Shown here: positions 57,544 to 64,000 of the stretch, piece by piece
Layout of the letters: the number at the start of each line of letters is the position of its first letter
How positions within the stretch are numbered: the first letter of the stretch is position 1
Source of the DNA: an uncultured Candidatus Saccharibacteria bacterium
GTDB taxonomy: Bacteria > Patescibacteriota > Doudnabacteria > UBA920
Length of the DNA: 64,000 bases
NCBI GenBank assembly: GCA_964597895.1
Contig: CAZQZS010000002.1
Coordinates: forward strand, 3,914 to 67,913
Direction of reading: 5' to 3'
The notes under the pieces: model-generated
Database searches by the model: none
Told to the model about the DNA's origin: nothing
The model's input: the letters and a program-made list of their open reading frames with translations, nothing else
Made by a program: the position numbers and the translations under genes

Positions 57544-58642
57544 TTTAAGGAGCTTGCACTCCAAAAATATCACCGGGGTTGAGTACTTTACGACTGAAGT
57601 TTTGGAACCCTTATTGACGAGCGATAAAACCAATCGCTATCTTTTGTATTACAATGCCTTTCAGCCTAAGCAGTTTGAACAGTTTCATTTTATCAATGCC
57701 ACTTATAAACAGACGCGCTGGCCTAATAGATTGTTAAACCTGTTATTTAAAATTTTTAGCTGGCCAACTATTGAGAGCCTTACTGGTGAGCAGGGTACGG
57801 TCCTTATGCCAAACCCAAATATGATTGCAATGAGAAGCACGACCAAACTGATTTTAGTTGTGCACGATCTTTCTCCAATCTTGATGCCGGAGATGTATTC
57901 TTGGAAAGCACGGCTCTGGCATAAGTTCATAAATATTCCCAAGCTCGTTAAGCGAGCCGACAAGTTAATTGCGGTTTCAAGCTATACTAAACAGGCTCTT
58001 CATACTGAACTCGGTGCCCCATTAGACAAAATCACAGTAGCGCATCTAGGGGTGGACCACGAACGTTTTCGTCCAGACCTTAACGTCGCAGTGCAGCGTT
58101 CAGTCCGTAATCGGTACAGCCTGCCAGGAGAATTCTTACTTTACATCGGGACTATTGAACCCAGAAAAAACATTGAACGGCTAATTGAAGCTTTTGAGCA
58201 GGCAGAAATTTCGGCAGACTTAGTATTGGCTGGCAAGTTAGGTTGGCGCGCCGACCAAATTATGGAAAAAATCCGTAAGAGTCCTAAAGGAAGGCAGATT
58301 CATTATTTAGGATATGTCTCCGAAGAGGATAAGCCCGCCCTCTTAAAGTTGGCCAGAGCATTTGTCTGGCCGAGCCTCTATGAGGGCTTTGGTCTACCGC
58401 CTCTAGAAGCCGCCGCAGTCGGCACTCCGGTGCTTGTATCAAGCGTAACCTCTTTACCAGAAGTGTTAGCTGATAGCGCGTTGCTGGTAAATCCGTATAA
58501 TGTTTCTGAAATCAGTCGGGGCATGGAAGTGTTGCTTAATGAAGAGACCTTGCGAGAGCAATACATTAAACGTGGGCTTGATCGTGCGCAAAAGTTTGAT
58601 TGGGTGAAAACCGCCCAGATAATTAAGCAAGTAATCAGTTGA
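57527..58642 (+). CDS. GT4-family glycosyltransferase
   Basis: 'EGFGLPPLEAAAVGTPVLVSS'; overlaps neighbours, suggesting an operon. Confidence 0.7.
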   Translation: MHITVDLRSLHSKNITGVEYFTTEVLEPLLTSDKTNRYLLYYNAFQPKQFEQFHFINATYKQTRWPNRLLNLLFKIFSWPTIESLTGEQGTVLMPNPNMIAMRSTTKLILVVHDLSPILMPEMYSWKARLWHKFINIPKLVKRADKLIAVSSYTKQALHTELGAPLDKITVAHLGVDHERFRPDLNVAVQRSVRNRYSLPGEFLLYIGTIEPRKNIERLIEAFEQAEISADLVLAGKLGWRADQIMEKIRKSPKGRQIHYLGYVSEEDKPALLKLARAFVWPSLYEGFGLPPLEAAAVGTPVLVSSVTSLPEVLADSALLVNPYNVSEISRGMEVLLNEETLREQYIKRGLDRAQKFDWVKTAQIIKQVIS

Positions 58643-59817
58643 TTAAAATTGGTTTTGATTTTCGGATGGGGGGCATAGGTAATGCAGGCATTGGCCGGTA
58701 CAGTTTTGAGTTGCTCAATGCCATGGTGGCGGTATTAAAATCCGCAGGTTTGGCTGATCAGTACCAGTTTGTAGTTTTTTATAATAGCCAAAATGCCTCC
58801 AAAACGGACATTCAACAGCTTTCAGATATGGGTGTTGAGCTGATCGCAGCAAATTACCGCCACTATTCACTGGCTGAGCAGTGGGCTTTTCCCAGATTGC
58901 TGGGCAAACATAATTTGGATTTGATGCACTTTCCGAATTTTAATGTGCCGATATTGTACCGAGGAGATTACGTGGTGACAGTGCATGATGTTGTTCATCA
59001 TGTGCTGAGTGGTCATAAGAAATCCCGTTACCATAAGTTTTTGGCTTATAAGTTAATTATCAATCAAGCTGTTAAGCGAGCCAAAAAAGTTTTAACTGTA
59101 ACTAATGCAGCGAAAGCAGAAATAGAGCAAGTGCTCAACGTACCCGCAGAAAAGATTGCTGTTACTTATGAAGCCCCGACTCGTTATCAGGGAGAAGCTG
59201 CTGACTTTAATGTTCTTAAGCAGCGCTACCTGTTATCACGGCCGTACTTATTGTTTGTCGGAACTTTGGAACGAAAGAAAAATCTGGTGAACTTAGCCAA
59301 AGGCTTTGATATCTTGCTTAGCAAATATAAATACGATTTGGATTTAGTCATTGCTGGAAAGAATGATCCTCATTATCCGGAAATCCGAGAACAAATTTTA
59401 AATATCAAGCACCGAGATAATATCGTGTTTACTGGATTTGTTTCCGATAGCGTGCAGACTAGCCTTTACCAAAATGCCTTTGCTTTTGCTACAGCTTCTT
59501 TGTTTGAAGGATTTGGGTTACCAGGATTGGAAGCGATGGAATATGGCCTACCAGTGCTCGCGGCTAATACGGAGGTTTTTAACGAAGTCTACGATAATGC
59601 TGCAGTATTTTTTGATGGCAGTAAGCCAGAAGATATCGCAGAAAAAATGCATCTCTTAGTAAATGACCAGCCCTTTTATGAATTAATGCAGAAGAAAAGC
59701 CTGGCTCGTAGCGCAGAATTTGATTGGCAGAAAACCGCCAAGCAAACTATTAAAGTTTATAACCAGGTCTTAGCTCAGAGTTATCAGGCCTCTGATAACG
59801 AACCTGAAGCTGAATAG
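58639..59817 (+). CDS. GT4-family glycosyltransferase
   Basis: 'EGFGLPGLEAMEYGLPVLAAN'. Confidence 0.7.
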   Translation: MIKIGFDFRMGGIGNAGIGRYSFELLNAMVAVLKSAGLADQYQFVVFYNSQNASKTDIQQLSDMGVELIAANYRHYSLAEQWAFPRLLGKHNLDLMHFPNFNVPILYRGDYVVTVHDVVHHVLSGHKKSRYHKFLAYKLIINQAVKRAKKVLTVTNAAKAEIEQVLNVPAEKIAVTYEAPTRYQGEAADFNVLKQRYLLSRPYLLFVGTLERKKNLVNLAKGFDILLSKYKYDLDLVIAGKNDPHYPEIREQILNIKHRDNIVFTGFVSDSVQTSLYQNAFAFATASLFEGFGLPGLEAMEYGLPVLAANTEVFNEVYDNAAVFFDGSKPEDIAEKMHLLVNDQPFYELMQKKSLARSAEFDWQKTAKQTIKVYNQVLAQSYQASDNEPEAE

Positions 59818-59819
59818 TT

Positions 59820-60944
59820 ATGAGTGCGAAACACACTACAAAATATATTTTTTTGGCAGGAGGATTGAGCGCAGGGCCAATCACTCCGCTTTTAGCAGTG
59901 GCAAGGGAGTGGCAACATCATCACCATAATCTAAAACCGGTAATTTTAGATTCTAGAAAGTCAGTCGCTTACAGTCTGGCAAAAAAGAATCAGTATATTT
60001 TTCATGTTATTGTTTCAGGCAAGTTAAGACGTTACTGGTCGGTTAGAACCGTACTTTCCCCATTTTTGATCGTGTTCGGTTTTTTGCAATCACTCTGGCT
60101 CTTAAATAAATATCGCCCAGTGGCCGTCCTTGGTGCCGGCGGTTTTGTTCAGGTTCCTGTATTAGCTGCAAGCTGGATTTTGCGGATTCCAAGATTTATA
60201 CATCAGCAGGATGTAAAGCTAACCTTAAGCAATGCCATCTGCGCTCCGTTGGCTAATTTAGTAACCGTTACATTTGAGAGCTCTTTGCGTGAGTTTCCGC
60301 AGGGCACTGGCTTGGGTAAAAAGTTTGTAACAACCAACAAAGTTCATTGGACCGGCAATCCAAGTTATCAGGTAGAAAGCAAAGAAAAAATCAGTAAAGC
60401 CAGCGCCTTAAGAGAGTTTGGACTTCATCAAAAACTTCCGGTATTATTAGTGGTCGGCGGCGGTACCGGCTCAAAAGCTTTGAATGACTTTGTCGTCCAG
60501 AATTTGGCTCAACTGACAAAAGTAGTCCAAATTTTGCACAGCACAGGATCACGAATGCACAAACCGGTTGAACACGAAAATTACCATAGCCACGAATTCA
60601 TTCACAATATGGCTGCGGCCTATGAGGCTAGCGACATCGTGCTCTCGCGAGCTGGACTCGGTTCATTGACTGATCTAGCCCATCACAAGAAACCGGCCAT
60701 TATTGTGCCCATGCCGGACACACATCAGGAAGATAATGCCGCGCTGCTTTACCATATGCATGCGGCAATCGTCATTGATCAGCAAGCTTTGTCCCCGGAC
60801 AAATGGCTGGCTGCGGTTCGCGAATTATTATTTAAGCCCGAGCTAGTAAAAGAATTCACCTCAAACTTGCGGAAGATTTTTCCAGAAAATGCAGCAAAAA
60901 AAATCTACACGCTTCAGGAACAATACCTCACTGAACATGAATGA
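59820..60944 (+). CDS. murG: GT28 MurG-like N-acetylglucosaminyltransferase
   Basis: 'LAGGLSAGPITPLLAV' N-domain; 'LVVGGGTGSKALN'; 'SRAGLGSLTDLA'. Confidence 0.6.
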   Translation: MSAKHTTKYIFLAGGLSAGPITPLLAVAREWQHHHHNLKPVILDSRKSVAYSLAKKNQYIFHVIVSGKLRRYWSVRTVLSPFLIVFGFLQSLWLLNKYRPVAVLGAGGFVQVPVLAASWILRIPRFIHQQDVKLTLSNAICAPLANLVTVTFESSLREFPQGTGLGKKFVTTNKVHWTGNPSYQVESKEKISKASALREFGLHQKLPVLLVVGGGTGSKALNDFVVQNLAQLTKVVQILHSTGSRMHKPVEHENYHSHEFIHNMAAAYEASDIVLSRAGLGSLTDLAHHKKPAIIVPMPDTHQEDNAALLYHMHAAIVIDQQALSPDKWLAAVRELLFKPELVKEFTSNLRKIFPENAAKKIYTLQEQYLTEHE

Positions 60945-61968
60945 GATCAAGCAACCTAAAGTCGGCTTAGCACTTTCCGGCGCCTCCTCGCGCTCAGTTT
61001 TTTACATTGGCTTTTTGGAAGTACTCAAAGAAAACGATTACCCGATTGATTATATTGCCGCAATGTCGGGCGCAACTATTGTTGCGGCGAGTTTTGGCTG
61101 TAAAACAATGGACCAGTTAAAAAAGTTTACTTTCAAGATGAATCGTGAAGTTTTGCTGAGTTTTATGGAGCGTAGCCAAAGCAGCGGGGGATTGTTCCAT
61201 CTTAGAAAATTTGAGGAATTAGTCAGACTATATACTAAGAACTATAACTTTGAGGATGTCTCACCGCGGATGGGTTTTGTGACTACGGATCTGAACAGTA
61301 AATCTGAGGTTGTGCTGCAGGTCGGGGATTTGGCAAAGGCTATTTGCGCATCTTGCGCTCTTCCTGTGGTGTTCCAGCCGCAAGCTTGGGGAAACAAACT
61401 CCTGGTGGATGGCGGTATAATTAATGTTGTTCCCGGAGACGTCGCCCGAGCTGCTGGGACAGATGTTGTCATAGGGATTGATCTTCGCTCAACCAGGCAT
61501 GTATTTAGTCCTTGGCAGATTTTTGTCCGCAAACAGATTAATAAGGTTAAAAGCTGGTTGTGGCCCAAACAAGCTCAGGAATTGCATAAAAAATTGATCA
61601 ATAAAATTAAATACTCAGAGTTTTGGCAGAATTATTTCTACATCGGCCAATATCACGAACCAGCTTTGGAAGACCCGCGGCTTTGGAATGTGATTAACAA
61701 ATCTTTGGATATCGCGATTGAGGCGCAGCAGGCCCAGAAGAAAAAAGTTAATTTTGATTGCGATTACTTAATTACCAAAGAGCTCTCGGTGCCATTTTGG
61801 AAACGGGCGTTATTTGTAAGATTTTTACACGTTGATAATATGCAGGACTACTATAAAGCTGGCAGAGAGACAGCTTTAGAGCACTTGCCTGCTTTGTGGC
61901 AGCTGTTAAAGGACAAGCAGGTAGAATTGGCTCATCAAGACGAGCAGCTTAAGCAGTTACTTAACTAG
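60937..61968 (+). CDS. patatin-like phospholipase-family protein (nucleophile motif degenerate: AMSGA)
   Basis: 'GLALSGASSRS' oxyanion region, 'AMSGAT', catalytic 'DGG' in 'LVDGGIINVVP'. Confidence 0.55.
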   Translation: MNEIKQPKVGLALSGASSRSVFYIGFLEVLKENDYPIDYIAAMSGATIVAASFGCKTMDQLKKFTFKMNREVLLSFMERSQSSGGLFHLRKFEELVRLYTKNYNFEDVSPRMGFVTTDLNSKSEVVLQVGDLAKAICASCALPVVFQPQAWGNKLLVDGGIINVVPGDVARAAGTDVVIGIDLRSTRHVFSPWQIFVRKQINKVKSWLWPKQAQELHKKLINKIKYSEFWQNYFYIGQYHEPALEDPRLWNVINKSLDIAIEAQQAQKKKVNFDCDYLITKELSVPFWKRALFVRFLHVDNMQDYYKAGRETALEHLPALWQLLKDKQVELAHQDEQLKQLLN

Positions 61969-61970
61969 CA

Positions 61971-63377
61971 ATGAACCTAACCGAAGATACTAAAATTTAT
62001 TTCATAGGCATCGGCGGAATCGCTATGTCTGCGGTGGCCGGCTTAACCAAACAGCTTGGTTTTGAAGTGTCCGGTAGTGACAGCAAGGCACTCTATGATC
62101 CGGCAAAATCTGTGCTAGACCAATTGGGGATTCCTTATCATGTTGGGTATGATGCTAACCATGTAGCGGATTTAACTGATGCAATTATTATTGCTTCAGC
62201 CGGGGAGGACGAAAATAATCCGGAAGTTGCTGCAGTTATTAACCGCGATCAAAAGTTGTACTCTTTCTCCGAACTTCTCTATGAGTTGTTTGAGGGCAAG
62301 CTTAGGGTAGTGGTCACCGGTACTCATGGCAAATCAACTACTTCTGCACTTCTGGGCACTATGTTGCAAGAGATAGATGACAGTAGTTTTATGACTGGCG
62401 CAGTTTTAACTAACTCTGGTAGGAATTTTCATCTTGGCGACGGCCATTATGTGGTTTTTGAGGGAGATGAGTATAAAGCTTTATACGACGATCCAACACC
62501 GAAGTTTACCCAGTACAAACCAGATATCTTACTACTAACTAATTTAGAGTTTGACCATCCTGATGTTTTTAATTCTGTGGATGAGATCCGCGATGAATTA
62601 GCAGAGCTGATTCATAAAATGCCAGATGACGGCGTAGTAGTTTACAATGCTGATGATATTGAACTAGCTAAGCTGGTGCATGGCACTAGTCTGGGCTCCA
62701 TCAGTTTTGGCTTGGACAATCCTGCAGACTTTGTAGCAAGCGAAATTGTCACCACAGAACGCTACACAGAATTTAAAGTAGTCCGAACTGGTGATTTACC
62801 AGACGAAACTTACCGCATTAACTTGTTTGGACGCATCAATGTATACAACGCGCTTGGTCCAATCGCGCTTTTGCGCACCTTGGGATTTTCGCAAGCAGAT
62901 GTGCAATCCGGATTAGATGAGTTTGAGGGGATTAAGCGGAGATTTGAATTTGTCGGAGAAAATCAGGGTGTTAAAATCTTTGATGATTATGCCCATCACC
63001 CCACGGCTGTAGCCGAAACTATCGCCTTGGCCAAACTCAGATTTCCTGAGGCAAGAATCTGGGCCGTATTTGAACCCCACACCTTCAGTCGTACCGAAGC
63101 AGTCTTAGAGCAGCTTGCCAAGAGTTTTGATAAAGCTGATCAAGTTCTGCTCGCAGAGATTTACCCAGCCAGGGAAACCAAGACAGCTCAATCAATCTCT
63201 GGCCAGAAAGTTGTCACTGCAATTGCTAAGCATAACCCCCATGTCAGGCTGGTGAATGATAAGCAAGCAGCAAAAGAAATTCTATCAGCCGAGCTTGAAC
63301 CTGGTGATGTAGTCGTGATTATGGCTGTAGGCAACTTCAACACTTTAGCTCAGGAGTTACTCAATCGTGCAAATTAA
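61971..63377 (+). CDS. Mur ligase-family protein, MurC/Mpl-like
   Basis: 'IGIGGIAMSAVA' N-domain; 'GTHGKSTT' P-loop; 'GDEYKALYDD...LEFDHPDVF' resembles Mpl more than MurC. Confidence 0.65.
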   Translation: MNLTEDTKIYFIGIGGIAMSAVAGLTKQLGFEVSGSDSKALYDPAKSVLDQLGIPYHVGYDANHVADLTDAIIIASAGEDENNPEVAAVINRDQKLYSFSELLYELFEGKLRVVVTGTHGKSTTSALLGTMLQEIDDSSFMTGAVLTNSGRNFHLGDGHYVVFEGDEYKALYDDPTPKFTQYKPDILLLTNLEFDHPDVFNSVDEIRDELAELIHKMPDDGVVVYNADDIELAKLVHGTSLGSISFGLDNPADFVASEIVTTERYTEFKVVRTGDLPDETYRINLFGRINVYNALGPIALLRTLGFSQADVQSGLDEFEGIKRRFEFVGENQGVKIFDDYAHHPTAVAETIALAKLRFPEARIWAVFEPHTFSRTEAVLEQLAKSFDKADQVLLAEIYPARETKTAQSISGQKVVTAIAKHNPHVRLVNDKQAAKEILSAELEPGDVVVIMAVGNFNTLAQELLNRAN

Positions 63378-64000
63378 GGAAAATTTTCCCTTAGCGCCTT
63401 ACACAACGTTTTATATCGGTGGTAACTGCCGGTATTTGATTTTCACGCAAGATTTAGAAGAAATCCAGGAGGCCATTGAATTCTCTAAACAAAAAAGTCT
63501 GCCGCTATTTGTGTTTGGCGGTGGCAGTAATACTTTGGTTTCGGACCAGGGTTTTTCGGGCGTGGCTGTCCGCATTGAAACTGTCGGCATAGACATCGTC
63601 TCTGAATCCGAGACAGAAATAGTGCTAGATGTAGCTAGCGGCGAAGTTTGGGATGACGTTACTCGGTTAGCGGCAGAAGAAAACTGGTGGGGAATAGAGA
63701 ATCTCTCTCACATACCTGGGTTTACTGGAGCTTTTGCGGTCCAGAACGTAGGGGCCTATGGCCAAGAAGCCAGTCAAGTTTTAGTGGAAGTTAGAGCGGT
63801 TAATCGCGAGACAGGGGAGTTGGTGTGTTTTGAGAATCAAGAATTAGGCTTTGGCTACCGGCGAAGCATTTTTAACACTACGCATAAAGATAAATACATT
63901 ATTGTGAGCACGAGACTAAAACTTCAGAAGAATGGTTCTCCAAACCTAACTTATGGCGACTTAAACGAACGCTTTCAAGGCCAGCATCCAACAATTACAA
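63367..64000 (+). CDS. murB: UDP-N-acetylenolpyruvoylglucosamine reductase, 3'-truncated by window end; GTG start
   Basis: 'LAPYTTFYIGGNCRYLIF...LPLFVFGGGSNTLVSDQGFSGV' FAD-binding MurB N-terminus; AGGAG upstream of GTG; not in the ORF track. Confidence 0.7.
   Translation, partial: MQIKENFPLAPYTTFYIGGNCRYLIFTQDLEEIQEAIEFSKQKSLPLFVFGGGSNTLVSDQGFSGVAVRIETVGIDIVSESETEIVLDVASGEVWDDVTRLAAEENWWGIENLSHIPGFTGAFAVQNVGAYGQEASQVLVEVRAVNRETGELVCFENQELGFGYRRSIFNTTHKDKYIIVSTRLKLQKNGSPNLTYGDLNERFQGQHPTIT

Noticed and set aside
1-64000. CRISPR arrays, cas genes, transposases, integrases, prophage structural genes
   Set aside because: No periodic direct repeats with spacers and no recognisable transposase or integrase motifs were seen. 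The only mobility signatures are the tRNA-Trp att-like duplication and compositional islets.

Overview
This 64 kb window is a gene-dense chromosomal segment from a small-genome bacterium with moderate to low GC and Gram-positive-like traits: a sortase-type sorting signal, lgt, mur genes and many short rho-independent terminators. Weak Shine-Dalgarno usage and the gene content hint at a Patescibacteria/Saccharibacteria-like organism, but that is only an inference.

The backbone is housekeeping. It includes a lexA 3' end, DNA replication and recombination genes (dnaE, dnaB, recR, scpA, scpB), tRNA synthetases (aspS, cysS, thrS), release factor prfA with prmC, and ribosomal protein genes (rplY, rpmE, rpsB, tsf, rpmG). 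It also carries lgt, an ftsW/rodA-like gene, a tandem adk pair with map, and two CPA2 antiporters. One glycan cluster holds a wbaP-like gene plus epimerases, and another holds three GT4 glycosyltransferases followed by murG, a patatin-like gene, an Mpl/MurC-like ligase and murB. There is a csoR–DUF305–copB copper operon with a palindromic operator.

RNA genes are tRNA-Glu(CTC), tRNA-Thr(GGT), tRNA-Tyr(GTA), tRNA-Thr(UGU), tRNA-Trp(CCA) and an RNase P RNA (rnpB, minus strand) with a −35/−10 promoter and terminator. Three sub-60-aa genes are missing from the ORF track: rpmG (L33), a 40-aa lipoprotein and a ~55-aa membrane peptide.

The accessory or unusual parts are these:
1. A visibly GC-richer two-gene insert (3231..5084) encoding two proteins I cannot assign to any family. 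Each has its own promoter, strong SD and terminator.
2. An AT-rich islet at the 3' side of tRNA-Glu carrying a Shedu/DUF4263-like PD-(D/E)xK nuclease.
3. A ~0.9 kb GC-rich, hairpin-dense noncoding tract (20.5–21.4 kb) that ends in a minus-strand terminator and contains an SD-preceded 26-aa hydrophobic ORF.
4. An exact 19-nt direct duplication of the tRNA-Trp 3' end 178 bp downstream of the tRNA. This is an attL/attR-like scar. The conserved tRNA–rpmG–tRNA-Trp locus is followed and interrupted by unknown genes.

No CRISPR arrays, transposases or integrases were seen.
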